64,000 nt of DNA from Podarcis bocagei (Eukaryota): assembly GCA_964188305.1 (NCBI GenBank), contig OZ076898.1; one strand, 5' to 3'. A model generated the notes under the pieces. It made no database searches. It had not been told where the DNA came from and saw nothing but the letters and a program-made list of their open reading frames with translations. Both the position numbers and the translations under genes were made by a program. Below, piece after piece: positions 25,111-39,553 of this stretch. The first letter of the stretch is position 1; every line of letters begins with the position of its first letter.

Positions 25111-27749
25111 GAAACGTTTTCCCCTCCCCTCTCCATCCTGATGGTTTCCCCAGTATTCTCTTCTACCTCTATTTGCCTCTTTTCCACTAATTCTTTCCCC
25201 CATTGCTTTGTCATACACATTCCTCTGTCAAATTCCAGATAATCTCTACCAATCTCCCATCTTCTTTTCTCACTTTCCCCAGACGCTTTTGTCTGCCTAA
25301 TGGCTTCTAAGCTTTAGACACCTAGAAGCCTCTTTCCATTATCCCCATTTGCAAGAAAACCATCGCTCCCCCTTTCTTCCTCCCCGCACCCATTGCTGGC
25401 ACTCTGTATTTTGTCCCCAACCTGGGATGCATTTGATTTTTGCTGTTTCTTTGCTTCCCATTTCCATGTCGAAAGGCCCAGTTGCCCCAGGAATATCAAG
25501 GAGGGACTGAATTTGCTCAGAGAGCTCTTGTGTGAAGCCAATTTTGTGATGCTCAAAACAGACCAAAGATGTTTTTCTCCATCTACAGGCTTCTTGAAGC
25601 AGACTCTTGTAACAGAACAAGCAGGCTGCCTCTGCCCTTCATACTTCTAAATGTGTCCCCATCTATTTCAGTATCACTGATCTCTCAGTGCACCTCTCTG
25701 TCAACAATCCTGTCTGCCAACTGCTGAATCCATCTATACCCAGAATTACCTGTTCATTGTGTCTTCTATTTATGAGTCCATTCCTGGCCTCTTTCCACCC
25801 CGCCCTGCTTGCCCCTTTCCATTTTTCTCATCTGACTCCTTTCTGACTTTGGTTGCGGTAGTGTCACAAGCATCTCTTCACTAGGGGCCACAATGTAGTA
25901 TCAGAAGAGCTACACTATTCCCTTTTTTTCATCACATCGTATGCACTTCTGAGCCCCCTCCCCACCAAAAAAAAAAAATTTAAAAAAATTACCAGGAATT
26001 TTACTTGGTATAGGGAGCAGAGGCTATGTTTAATCTGCTGCTCAACTCATGCAGAGTACTGCATATCCACTGCAGTCACCGCCATCCTCTGTATTTCTCC
26101 CCTTACCATAACAGGCAAACAGGAATCAATGTGATTGTTGCTAAAATGCTGTTTGTAAGAGCATTTTAAAATGGAAAACATAGGGCTAGTCTATGCCTTT
26201 ACTGATCATGAAGAAAGGCTCTCTGCAGCTTGACAATAAACAAACAAACAAGCGCATTAGTTGAAGAGGGTGTGTGCAAGCATAGGAAATGTGCAAAGAT
26301 GGGTCAAAAAAGGACAAAAAACAAAATCAACGCTGCCTGGGTACTGGTACAAACACACCCTCAAGGTGTTTCATCTTGCATGGCCTTCGAGTTCCACATC
26401 CCACTGTTCCTTTCTCACTCTGCTTCTCCCTTCGCTCTATGTCTTATTTCCCAAACTGCCTGTCTCACCCTCCTGTCCTTAGATAAATCTCTAAAAAGTT
26501 CGTTTTCTTTTCCTTGGCTTGGGCACTGGTCTCTTGGCTGGATTCTAGAGGACAAACTCAATAATCATACATGATGTTTCTTGCTCATATCTATTTAGTC
26601 TTCTCGTCCATCTCCAAATACTACTGTCTGTCTGCTTTCCTATCGTGTCACGGAACTGTTTGAGAAGGAGGAGGCTACAAGGCCCTTAGTCTAACCCCTG
26701 CCACCAGCTGGGACAGACCACCCGCCCACCCACCCACATCTTCCAATATCAGTGTCCATCTGACATTACAGGGGTGGAATTCCCTTCAAACTCTAAACAT
26801 CATGAACGATTACACCCTGTGGAGTTGAAACTGACCCCCAAAGCCATTATTAAATAAAAGCAGGTTCAGGAGAGGAGAAAATAAGAGTGGCAGGAGGAGG
26901 GACAGGAGGAAAGGGTGTACATAATCCCCTCTCTGTCTGCCATTTTTTCTGCTTCAAGTCACGCACAAAAACACAAATTTTCCGTCTGCGGGAATCCAAA
27001 AGCATGTTGGAAACACAGAATCACAGAGCTGGATCTGCCCCTGCTGATACGCTGTTTCCTCTAGCGGCTTCTAAATCCCCCTCTCCCAAGCTGTTCTTCC
27101 TAAAAAAAAATGTGTGACATGAAGGTCAACCCTGAGCATGAGCAAAACTTGTTCACTCAGGTTGTGGCAGTTCCTGATGCCCAGAGAAAAATGTAGAACT
27201 TCCAGATATCAACCCTTCCTGACTATCCTCTTCCCCAATCCAGCTTGTTTTTCTAACTTACCTCACGGGGCTATTGTGAGGCTAAAATGGGGAAGCAGAA
27301 ACCATGTGCCTCACCCTTAGCTCCAAAGAGGATGGGGATAAAAATGGAAGCTCATAAATAAATCTGTTGGCTCATTTATTCATCCTCAAATAAACAATGT
27401 ATTTACCTACCCATCCATCACTATATGCATCTCTCCATTTCTTATCCATACCACTCTGCTTGTCTGTCTCATCCATCACACACAACAGGGTGCTTCTCCA
27501 TATCCAGAAATCATAATGCTTGGGAAGGTGAACTCTGCTCTAATTGATGCCAGCCAAATTTCCGTTTTATTTCTCAGCCAACTGAGCACAACAATACACT
27601 ACTCCAAAAGTAGCACCAGCAAATTTAAGAATCTCCCTCCTCCCGTCCTTGCTCAGTTTTCACATTTGGGAGGAGAGCAGGGAAGGGGTCGGGGCAAGAT
27701 CCGCAGAAGCACTCTTCACACTCCAATTTCCCTTTACCTCCCTCTACAG

Positions 27750-27910
27750 TTCCAGAAACCACAGCATCACTACCCACCTTTGAGATTTGGCACTGTTCCC
27801 AACGGGAGTACCGAGAAAAACATTCGGAACAACTATGGGGAGATGCACGAATATATGGGGAAGTACAACCAGCGCAGCGTGGAGGATGCACTCCAGAACC
27901 TGCAGACAGG
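27750..27910 (+). CDS. GRIN2D: GluN2D coding exon 9 (S2)
   Basis: ctacag|TTC CAG; [29 protein letters not shown]...QNLQTG; donor GG|gtaggt; 161 nt. Confidence 0.96.
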
Positions 27911-29519
27911 GTAGGTGGGGGGAAATGGAAGAAGCAGTGGTGGCAGCAGGAAGGACAACTCCAAGACCCTTAGTTCTCAGCATATATTTTCATCCTAAGC
28001 CTTTCTGCTCCCTGGGGCACATGGCCTGCAGCAGGCCCCTACAGTGGGACCACATGTGCCCTATGTTTCTCTCCACATAACCCATTTTTTACACAACAGA
28101 TGTGCAAATGCTTCTCATTTATGTCGCACACTCTCGTCGTCATTCCATGAGGCCACACTCCTGTTGTAGAGAAGCCACCATTTGCCCACACTTGGGGTAA
28201 ATATTCAGTGAAGTAAATGCAGTTTTTCCCCTCTGCAACATCCTCTCCCTCCAGCGGTAGTACATTAATTGCTGTGGCAATTGCTATGTGGAATGTGACT
28301 GTGTGAGTGACACAGGCTGCTGCTGGATGTTGCTTGTGACATGGCCAGCTTTAATGCCCATGCTGTTTTGTGATCCTTTAACAAGTTTATAATTATAATT
28401 AGTCAATTTTCATTAGGCTGTCATCTGATTAAAGAAATCTTAGCCAATTTAATAATAATATGAGTTTGGGTCAATTAATCAGTGAATTAATTAAATCTGC
28501 AGAAATGTGCATATGAGCAAAAATTACTCTCTTTTTTTTAAACATACTTTGTTTTTAGATGATGCACTGCAGACGTTAGAAGAGGCCTCCCCACTTCTCT
28601 CTCATATAGGAGTGAAGGCCTGTGCAAAAGCTGTGCTTTCCATGTGCTGTTAATGCAAGTAATTGCATTAAAAATATTTTTTTTTAAAGAAACTGTTGCC
28701 TTGCTCATTGGGGACTCCTTTTTAGTTGAATGAATCTAACCAATTAATTAAGGCTGCAAGCCTATGCCCGCTTACCTGGAAGTAAGCTTCGCGTAAGATC
28801 TGATTATAGAAACTGCAGTCCTAAAAAAAACAAAAAACACCTTTAAAGGCTGTGCACTCCTTCTGTGTATAACTCTGGTGAGCAAGTGCTTGTCTAGCCT
28901 TGGTAGCTGCACACACCAGCAAGAGTGCCTCCCCACTGTTCCCCACAACAACACTTCTGTGAACTTCTATGAACTCCTGCTGGCTCATTTCATAAATAAA
29001 CCAAATAAGACAGGTCCACAGTGAGGCATTCAAGTGCAGGATTGAGCTGCGCCATCATGCTGTTAACTAGACTTCCACGTGGGGTTTTTGTATGTGGATT
29101 TTGGATTTGTGAGCATTTGTGACTTAAACGCTAATTTTTTGCTGCTGTAGGAGTGCATTGTAGCTCTGCCTGTTTGAGCGCCCTTTCAGGGTGGTTCCCA
29201 CTGCTGTTGGAACTGCTGCCAATCCTACTAACATTTTTTTTAAAGCCAACTGGCAAGGTTATGGGTGCGTGATTCACCATTTAAACACCCACATACTCTG
29301 CTAATTAACCCAAATTAACAACCACCTCCCAATTGTACAGCCACAATCATTTATATATGGATTAGAATTCCTACTCTGTACATATATGTACTTAAGACAG
29401 GCACCTCCAACTTTGGGCCACCAAAAGTTATGTGACTTCAGTTCCCTTCACTCCTGACCATTTGTCAAGCTGGCTGCAGGTGTTGGGGTTGTACTGTAGT
29501 GATGGGCTGGAGGAGGGCT

Positions 29520-29890
29520 AATAAACTGAGTCTGAGTCCTGGCAAGATTGAGGTTTGTAGGCTTGGGAAGTCAGTAAGTTGCCAGGCCTGGATGGGGCTG
29601 CTCTCTCCTTGAAGGAGCAGGTGCAAAGTCTGAGGATTTTCCCAGATCCAACTCTATCACTGAAGGTGTCCTCAGTGGCTAGGAAGCTTGGCTGGGAAGA
29701 CAGAACAGTTGTTCCTGGATCAGGATAGCAGTTATCCCTGCATTGCTAACCTCACAGTTGGATCACTGCAATGCAATGTTCGTAGAACTACCTTGGCAGT
29801 TGATTTGGAGGCTGTGGCTAATGCAGAATGCAGGGGTCAGCTTGCAAACTACCACCAGCAGATAGCAACTTGATTTCTGGATTTGCACTG
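29520..29890 (+). mobile_element. Degenerate L2-type LINE fragment
   Basis: aataaactgagtctgagtcctggcaagattgagg (NKLxLxPxK-like)...ttgaaggagcaggtg...atttgcactggc. Confidence 0.5.
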
Positions 29891-31312
29891 GCAAATCCCT
29901 CCCTGCATATTGCCTGCACTGACGTGGTGACCTGTGGATGTGGGTCTCTGATGTGGAGGTCTGTTCCTCAGGGGGTGCAGGCTTGGAGAGTACAGACTGC
30001 CGAACTGACTCCCGAACTCCTGCCTTGGGTTCCAGAACGCCTGATTTGCTGGGCTCGGGCTGTGACTCAGGCTTGGGTAGGATACCAGGGCCCGTTATCT
30101 TCCTTGTAGCTGCTGGACTGGTAGTGGCCCGCCTTGTCTAAATTGGAGTTGCTTTGGCCAGGAGTTCTGGCACTGGACCATTTCAACGGTGCTGAAGATT
30201 CTAAAAGGATGACTTTGCCACTATTGCAGAATACAACTATTTGGTTCTTGCTGCTTTCCCCTATGCTGTCCCTGTCTGGTGCTTTGTGTGTTTACTGCTT
30301 AAGTTCTTCCTTCTCTTTTTAATCAGTGGCCTGCATCTACTCTTCAGGGTTTGTTTGTTCTTGTTGTTTAAAGTTCAGAGTTTTTTTGTTTTTAAATACC
30401 ACCATGTACATTCATGGCCACCAAAGCTTTGCCAGTATGTGTGAATGGTTGAATGGGGATGGGCACAAGGGGACAGGACGGAGACACCTAATAATCCGAT
30501 CCTATGTGAATTTAAAGTTATGGGCCCTGTGTAGGGTCAGTCTGTTTTTAGGACTGTGAAGCAGAGGGCATTAGAAAGCAAAAGACTGAGAAGAAAGCTT
30601 GGAACCAAGATATCTAGATAGAGGTGGCTGAAGAGGTGAGCCTGTCTATAATAAAAAATAAATAAAGGGGGGAGGAAGCGAAGATAAAATAGAGTGGGAC
30701 AGTGGCTGACGTGCAGTTCTAACAGTAAAGGGTACCTTTTCCTTATGGGCCTATTAAAAGTATCTCCTATGCTATATAACTATGGCTGAAAACTTTAACA
30801 GCTTTAATGGGAAGATTAATCAGGCTCATAATAAAATCCCTGCACCCCAGTTAATTGGTCAGGCTAAGCATACGGAAAGGCTCAGTCATGTTTAAAGGCA
30901 CGCTGCCGGGCAATCATCTAGTTTCTAGCTCCTACCTGTGACATATTTGATGACAACGAAGAATAAACGTAAAGATGTTCTATCTTTCTAGTTTATTACC
31001 CAAAGGTGGCCACCTTTTGGCTCTCAGGAGTCGTATACTTTCATGTAATGCTAAGAACCAGTTTTTATTTAATTGATTTTTATACTGCTCTCCCTCTCAC
31101 ATTCAAATGAAGGCCACAGTGCTCTGTTGAATTAATTCTTAAAATATTTAAAAAAAACCTGACCCTTCCACAATATTGAGGGGCCTTCAAAATGTTTATT
31201 TTTTGATGCCGTTTTGACTCTGGTGTGTTACTATAACAGGAAATATTCACATATGGGATAAGAAACAAGTGAGCCTCTCTGTCTAACAATGAATATTACT
31301 ATTTGTTTAATA

Positions 31313-31693
31313 GGGATGTAGGTGGCACTGTGGTCTAAACCACTGAGCCTCTTGGGCTTGCCGATCGGAAGGTTGGCGGTTCGAATCTGCGTGACAGAGT
31401 GAGCTCCAGTTGCTTTGTCCCAGCTCCTGCCAACCTAGCAGTTCGAAAGCATACCAGTGCAAGTAGATAAATAGGTACCGCTGTGGCAGGAAGGTAAACA
31501 GCGTTTCCATGTGCTCTGGCTCCCATCATGGTGTCCCGTTGCACCAGAAGCGGTTTAGTCATGCTGGCCACATGACCCGGAAAGCTGTCTGTGGACAAAT
31601 ACCAGCTCCTTCGGTCTAAAAGCGAGATGAGCACCACAACCCCATAGTCACCTTTGACTGGACTTAACCGTCCAGGGGTCCTTTACCTTTACC
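31313..31693 (+). mobile_element. Full-length Sauria SINE
   Basis: tRNA head GGGATGTAGGTGGCACTGTGG...GGTTCGAATC, Sauria body (ccaacctagcagttcgaaagc, atgctggccacatgacccgg), (CCTTTA)n tail, and a duplicated flank ttactatttgttt at 31296-31308 and 31694-31706. Confidence 0.92.
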
Positions 31694-31861
31694 TTACTAT
31701 TTGTTTGTTAAATGGTAAGCTGTCTCACACTTAAAGAAAGCTGTCCCCTTCCCTCAAAAATATGCTTTCCCTTTAATTGCAATATGAATGTCTGTAGTTC
31801 TAATCAATAGGTCTGTGCAAAGGTGGACAAATAATAAATGGAGGCATTTTTAATGCGCTAA

Positions 31862-32107
<246 letters not shown>

Positions 32108-33390
32108 TAGCTACATGCCAGGGAGAGCACTGTGAAGTTGAGAGTTGCCCAGGTTTTTGGGATGAGAACAAACTTAAGTGTGAGTAACTGGGAGGTGGGG
32201 GGGAATATTTTCTCCAACATCTGTGTGAGTGGTATTGTTCTCTCTCTGTCTCTGTCTCTGTCTCTGTCTCTGCCCCACCTGCTCTTCCACTAGGCAATGA
32301 TTTCTGGGTGTGTATACGTAAGATACTTTGGAGCAGGGGTGTCTGAAATAAAGGATATTTATTACTTGCTGTGGACACTCCTGAATAATTTGCACTGGAA
32401 AGAAATCTATGTATAATCCTACTTCCTGCTGCGGGGCAAGACCACCCATCCTATCCATACACTATGAAAAAGCATGAAGTTGAAATATGGGGCAACTGGT
32501 GCTCCTTCTTCAGATACTCAGCCCCCACCCCACCCCCGCACTCATTTCTAGTAAGCTCAGAGCCTAGAAAAGTACCAAGCTGCCAATCCCACTCCTTATG
32601 GATGGTTCATGTTCTTCATAGTGATTGGTGAACAGGACTTTCCCTCACATGTTTGCTGGGGCAGAAGGCTTAGTCAGGTAAAGGAATGCTGGCCTGCCAA
32701 GATGAAACGTTCATTACCCTTTGCTATAAAATGGGTTATCTGGATTCTGAAGTTCAGTTAAAACAGATTAGTTTCCTTTAACACACTTTTACTATGTGTT
32801 TGGTTGAATTTATTGTTGTGTGCTCCTTGAATTTTGAGAAGTCATGGGGCAGTACTATATGGGATAGTTTCCTTTGAATGAAAGAGTTTTGTATGGTAAA
32901 CCGCCCTGTGATCCTCCGATGAAGGAGGTATATGGTGTCATTGTAATAAAAAATGTTAGTATAATGGAAGCAAATAGGCACCCCTACAGCACAGAACAAA
33001 TCCACTAATCCCATATCAGATGTTCAGAGAGAGAGAGACCCTGCATTCCAAGCTGTTTCACCTTCAGCTAACTCACAGCTCCTTATCTGTCTGTCCCATT
33101 AAAAAAATGAAAATGCTTTCTTGCTGTCTCCCTTCCTCCCACACCCCAATTCTGATGGGTGTTGCATTTACAAGCTAGAATGAGATTTGATATCATTAAG
33201 GGCAATTAAAGCCAATTTGTCAAGTCCCTGATCAACGGTTGATTTGTCAGGCAAAACCAATGTGACAGGCCCATTCATGTTAATCAAGTGAGCAAAACTC
33301 ATATTACCAGCAGGAGTGTAGATTTCTCCAATTCTTTTAGCGTATGTTTATCCATGGAGATGGGGAGGGGTTTCTAACTCAAATGTAGAA

Positions 33391-33445
33391 TCATAGAATC
33401 ATAGAGTTGGAAGAGACCACAAGGGCCATCGAGTCCAACCCCCTG
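33391..33445 (-). mobile_element. Ultra-truncated CR1 3' tip
   Basis: tcatagaatcatagagttggaagagaccacaagggccatcgagtccaaccccctg, flanked by the direct repeat atgtagaa. Confidence 0.8.
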
Positions 33446-34756
33446 ATGTAGAAGTTTGCTGAGAGGACTTATGGGCCCTGGAACTGACATGGCTCCCTCA
33501 TATACACTAATGCCCCCACACCAGCCTGCACACCCTCCCCCATTCCAATGCTCCAGATAGCTGTCACAATGCACTTCCCTGACTATCTCCTAGCAGACCT
33601 GCAGACTGATCAAAGTGAACATGCAACCAGATCATGGTATTTTATTTTGGATTAATTAATCCAGGCTGAAAGGGAGTAGGAATCCCAAGAGAGGTGTGGA
33701 GCCCACTCAGTTCACGCAAGGAGGTTTGGAAGCCAGGACTCCTGCGTCTCCTGGGAGAGCAAGCAATTCCTAGTGGGCTAGACTCAGAGCAAAGGCGATG
33801 GGAGACAGACATCCTGCTTTCTATTTCTAGCTCCAGGGATAATGAACAGACACAGCTCTGGTGTGTTTGATCTGAGCAGAGGAACCTGGATTCTGTCTCT
33901 GCTGCTGCTAATGGGCTCAGTCTGAGGCTCTAATTGCTGTTAGCCAACAATCTTGCTTCTCCTAATAGGCCTGACTGACTCTGGGGATATCCTAGAGAAC
34001 AGCACACGGGGCTTTCCCCGCCCCACCAGGACATATAAGCAGATGTTGGGGACGGGGCTGTGTTTCAACTGGGCCACCCAGTGTCCATGACACTTAAATC
34101 ATTTTGCCTTCCCTGCATCTATTAGGTTGAATGAAAAAGCTACATGGTTTACTCTCCAGCTCTCTCTGCTGCGATTAACAACATTCAGAAGTGAAGCATT
34201 CCAGACAGAGAGGCGTTCTTTGCTTCACTTGTGAAAAATGCCCTGTGAGGATCATGATGTGTAAGAATTGTGTGTGGGAGAGAGGCCGACAGATGGTTGC
34301 TTTGTAGAGTTTGGATGCGTTACAATGAATGTCCAAAATGTGGTGAATGTCAACTATTCACATGTAAATACTGACAACTTCAGATGAATTTTATGAATGC
34401 CACAAACAGACAGACATACTCCCATTTTGGGGGCAGATTTATTGCATAATGATAATCACTATTCGACTGTTGGCATTCGCCAGGGTATCTCCACCTTAAT
34501 TAAGCATTCACAACATTCACCTGGGATTGCCAACATTCACAAGTGACAAAATTCCAGATATACATATTAGAACTTCTATTTGCTTGCAATTACTCTATAT
34601 TCCAAGCATCTGTGCACAAGAATAAAGCATGCAAACTAAAAAAATAAATGCATGTATAATAATCAATGTTTAAAACTTACTTTAATTGCAGAATTTTCAC
34701 TTTAGGTTCACAGAATATCCATAATTTTGTTGGTATATAATTCCACCAGTATGAGG

Positions 34757-34772
34757 GTGTGTGTGTGTGTAT

Positions 34773-34822
<50 letters not shown>
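34757..34822. repeat. (TG)n-(ATAG)n microsatellite
   Basis: Directly visible. Confidence 0.95.
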
Positions 34823-35410
34823 TTCATCTGTTTGGAATCCTTCAGTGTATTGATGTATAACTTCATATGTTGAATATGTACATGCTGAAGGGTGCTGGGT
34901 ATTTATTATTTATTTATAGTTATTTTTAAAAAATATTTAAATAATATTCTCTCACAATACATCAGGGCAGTGTACCACAACAATTCGACATTTAAAAGCA
35001 ATGCAAAGTAATCATCAATGTGACTGGCTACTCAAGAGACCTTTTAAACAACTGCTAAGGCCTGTCAGCATAAAAAAGTCTTAAAGAGACACCTGTAAGT
35101 CAAAGTTGCCTGCCAAATCTCTATTGGAAGAGCATATCATGATCTTGCATGGATGTATGCATTTAAAGGAGCCTGTTGCTTGGGTATGAAGGAACACACA
35201 TGCACACCATTGTAAGCTTCCAATTGCTTATTAGGGGAGAGGGAGGCAAGGAACCGTTGCCCAGCAACCCACCCATCTGTCATATCATACAACTGAAACC
35301 TGTACTACCTTTTATACCACACACACACAATTTTAGTCTGCAGCATTAATCAGTCCTGAAAGACTACCACTGCATAGCTCCATCCTTGCAATCACTCAAG
35401 TAGATCAGGA

Positions 35411-38400
35411 TTCATAGGATCAAAGAATTGTAGAGTTGGAAGGGACCCAAACACCATCAAGTCCAACCCCCTGAAATGCAGGAATCTCAGCTACATCATA
35501 TATGGCAGACAGCCAACCAACTCCTGCTTAAAAACCACCACGGAAGGGGAGTCCACCACCTCTTGGAGTTTGTTTCACTGTTAACAGCTCTTACTGTCAG
35601 AAAATTATTCCTAAAGTTTCATCTGAATCTCCTTTCTTGCAACTTGAATCCATTGGTTCAGGTCCTAGTTTCCAGAGCAATAGAAAACAAGCTTGCTCCA
35701 TGTGACAGCCCTTTAGATATTTGAAGATGGCTATTATATCTCCTCTCAGTATCTTTTCCTGGCTAAATATACCCAACTCCCTCAAACATTCCTCATAAGG
35801 CTTGGTTTCCAGACCCTTGATCATCTTGGTCGCCCTGCTCTGCAATAGTATTAACCTTTTTTTGCTGCTTCACCACACTGTGAACTCATGTTAAACTTGT
35901 GGTCTACTAAGACCCCTAGATCATTTTCACATCTACTACTGGCAAGCCAAGTGTCTCCCATCTTATATTTGGGCATATTGGTTCTTCCTGCCTAAGTGCA
36001 GAACCTGACATTTGTCCCTACTGAAGTTAATTTTGTTAGTTTTGGCCCAGCTCTCCAATCTGTTAAGGTCATCTTAAATCCCAATTCTGTCTTCAGTGGC
36101 ATCTGCAAATTTTATAAATATCCCCTCAATGTCTTCATCCAAGTTATTTATAAAGATGTTGAACAACAATGGGCCCGGGGCAGAACCCTACAGCACCCCA
36201 CTTGTCCCCCCTTTTTTTGCAGGATGACTAGGAACCATTAGTGAGCATTCTTTGAGTATGGAAATGAGCTACAAACCCACCTAACAGTTATCTCACCCAG
36301 TCTAAATTTTACTGACTTCTCTGCAAGAATATCATGGGGGAATTTGTCAAAAGCTGTACTGAAATCAGGATACACTATATCCACAGCAGTTCCTGATCCA
36401 CCAAGCTTGTGACTCTATCAAAGAAAGAAAGAAAGAAATGAGATTCGTCTGGTATGGCTTGTTTTTGAGAAACCCATGTTAGGTCTTAGTAATCACAGTC
36501 ACCTTTTCTAAGTGCTCACAGACAGACTGTTTAATTATCTGTTCTAGGACACTGGTAACAATGTCAAGATCACCAGTCAGTAGTTACCCAGATCTCCTTT
36601 ACTCCCCCTTTTGAAGACAGGGACATCATTTTGCCTGCCTCCAGTCTCCAGGGACATCACTTGTTCTCCAAGAATTCTCAAAATTATAGACAGAGGCTCT
36701 GAGATTACATCTGCAAGCTCCTTTAATACTCTTGGGTGCAGCTCATCAGGCCCTGGAGATTTGAACTCATCGATGTAGCTAGGTGTTCCTTTACCACCTC
36801 TTTTCCATCTTGGGTTTAGCTCCTTCCTTGCATCATTTATTCTGTTATCACCAGGTTGGGCACTGCTTTCCTTTGAGGTAAAGACAAAAGGCAAAGTAGG
36901 TGTTGAGCAGTTCTGCATTCTCTCTGTCACCCAACAGCACTTCTTCATCCTCTTCACACAAGAGACCTACTACTTGCTTGGTCTTCCTCTTGCTTCAAAC
37001 ATAGCCGAAGAAACCTTTTTTATTAATTTTAATCTCTCTTGCAAGCCTGAGTTCATTCTGAGCTTTGCCCACCTAACCTCCCTGCAACTGTTGGCTACTC
37101 ATATATGTTCTTCCTTTGTGATTTCTCCTTTCTTCAATTTCTTATTCATGCCCTTCTTAAATCTCAGTTCACCTGTAAGCTCCTTATGCAGCCACACTGG
37201 TTTTTTAGGTGTCTCCTACTTTTCTTTCTTGTTGGAATTTTCTGCCTTTCTGCCTTCACCTTTAAGAAACTCCCATTCCTCTTGGACTCCCTTCTCTTTT
37301 GAGTATTTCTGATCATGGGGAAGTTCCTTAAGCTTTTTGAAATCAGTCTTCTTAAAGTCCAGAGTGCATGTTCAACTACCCTCAGCTTTCCCTTGTTTGT
37401 ATACAATGAAACCCAATAGTACATTATCACTTTCTCCCAAGGTTCCCTGTACTTTCACTTTGTTGACCAGCTTCTCCCTGTTGGTGAGGACCAGGTCCAA
37501 TAAAGATGACTCCTCTGTTGCTTCTTCCACTTCTGGGAAATGACATTGTCAGTGAGGCAATTGAGGAAGTTGTTGGAGCTTTCATTCTTGGCAGAGTTTG
37601 TTGAAACTCAAACTCTGCCAAGAATGAAAGGTCCAATTATTTCTTCAATTGCCTCACTGACAATGTATCTGAGTAACTGAACTCTTCTATGACTACTATA
37701 TCTCTTCTTTATGAATGTTTGGGAATCTGCTGTAGAAAGGCATCAGCTGAGTCCTCCATTTGACTTGGAGGTCTATAGCAGACACCCACAATAAGGTCAC
37801 TCTTGTTTCCCTCTCCTACAATTTTTATCCATATACTCTCAATCTGTCTTCCATGCTCCAAGTTATGGATCTCTTCACAAATGTACACGTCCTTTACATA
37901 TAATCCTACTCCTCCCCTCTGTTTGATCTACTCCTTTTGAACAGGTTGCACCTCTCAAGTTCCAGTCATGAGTCTCATCCACCAGGCTCAAGTAATGCCT
38001 ACTTAGGTCATATTTGTACTGAGAGCTCAAATTCTTTTTGCTTGTTTCCCATACTCTGTGCATTTGTGTAGAAACAACTGAAACCATGAGTCATTCGTCC
38101 ACACACTGCTGCCTCTGTCCTCCTCCGTGGAGAATCGCCTGCCACCATCACACATCTCATCCTTCTCTGGGGAGCAGAAGGAATCGTTCCATACACTGTA
38201 CTTTCCACTGCTACCTTGATGTATTTTAAGGTCTGCAGCTGCTCTTCTTGCTACGCTGGCTGAGAACTGGTGTCCAAAGTGAGGGCATGGAGTCAGTTTT
38301 GCAGCTCCAGAGACACAGCATGGCTCCTAACACAGCTCCTGCTTTTTGCGTCATGTTCCTCCAGGAGTTCGCCTCCTGCACTGCACAATCTTCTACCTCC

Positions 38401-38780
38401 CTAGGGACATCCCACCTGCCTCTCTGTTCCAGGACAGTCCACTCTCTAGCAAGAATTTCCTCATCTGCTCAGTAGCTCAAAGTGTGGATAGGTGGGCCTC
38501 AAGTTGCTGTACCTTCTCTTCTAGCTTGGATTTGCTGTAGGTGTAGTAGGTCACTGCTGCAGCTCCCTTGTCATCCATGTCTCTTGGTCCATGAGACAAC
38601 ACTCCAGGCTTCCCCCTCAAACTCTGCCACTAAGCACCCTTGCAAATGCCCCAGTTTACAAGTCCTAGTCACAAGAGCTTGACCTGCTAGATTTCTTCCT
38701 GTAGTGCTTGTATTAAAAGTGCAGCAGCCCTGCCTTCCTTCACCAGCATGGAGGTGTAAAAATAGGCAGATACAAATAAG
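35411..38780 (-). mobile_element. Near full-length degenerate CR1 LINE (ORF1 remnant, endonuclease, RT, 3' tail) in GRIN2D intron 10
   Basis: Minus-strand peptides: LEEKVQQLEA (ORF1), CFYTNAQSMGNKQKE (APE start), KSPGPDELHPRVLKELADVISEPLSII (RT), [22 protein letters not shown] (ORF2 end), with the CR1 3' tail at about 35411-35480. Many stops and frameshifts. Confidence 0.92.
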
Positions 38781-38811
38781 TCCAAGCTGGCAAATTGGCT
38801 TAATGTTGGCC

Positions 38812-38931
38812 AGTGCTTTTTTTCCTAGAAAAATAGGAGCTGGTACTCACCATGAAATTGTTACAGTAAGTGTCACACTTTTAAACCAAAAGAGAGAGGT
38901 GCCAGTACTCACCATGAAGCTGTTACAGTAA
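38812..38931. repeat. DNA-transposon-like end with a 27-bp direct repeat
   Basis: gtactcaccatgaa(at/gc)tgttacagtaa at 38843-38869 and 38905-38931 (25/27 identical), following cagtgcttttttt. Confidence 0.55.
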
Positions 38932-39320
38932 AATGCTGAAGGTTACCCACCTATACATGCCTGGAAAGACAGGACGAGAACAACCTCTCACAACTCTAAG
39001 CATGAAAGGATAATTAAATAGTGTCAATGGGTAAGTACTTTGTGATACCTGACCTTTAAGTATGTACCTAAGCTCAGAATGGTTCTGCTCCCTTGTCTCC
39101 TGTCTCCACAAGCTCCCACACTCAGATTCTATACTGTCACTAGATAAACACAGCTTATTTCATTTGAGACCTCAGAACAAAATCCCTATTCCCTACCATT
39201 GAGCAAAAGGGCTCCTGCATTTTCTGGGACTGATGCCTAATGGACCATACCAAGGGAAGGTTGTGAAAAGGCACATTTCTTGTGTTCCATCTCTTCTTCC
39301 CATCCCCTCCTCTGTTTCAG

Positions 39321-39553
39321 ATGAGATTGAACTGCTAGAGCGCCTGTGGCTATCAGGGATCTGCCACAATGACAAAATTGAGGTGATGAGTAGCAAGTTG
39401 GACATAGACAACATGGCGGGTGTCTTCTACATGCTCCTGGTGGCCATGGGACTAAGTCTGCTGGTCTTTGCCTGGGAACACCTAATCTACTGGAAACTGC
39501 GTCACTGTATGAGACATACAGGGCGGCTGGACTTCCTGCTCGCCTTCAGCAGG
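39321..39553 (+). CDS. GRIN2D: GluN2D coding exon 11 (S2 end, M4)
   Basis: tttcag|AT GAG; [53 protein letters not shown]...FLLAFSR; donor AGG|gtgagg; 233 nt. Confidence 0.96.

Noticed and set aside
31313-31390. tRNA-like A/B boxes here and at 51030-51104
   Set aside because: These are SINE heads, not tRNA genes.
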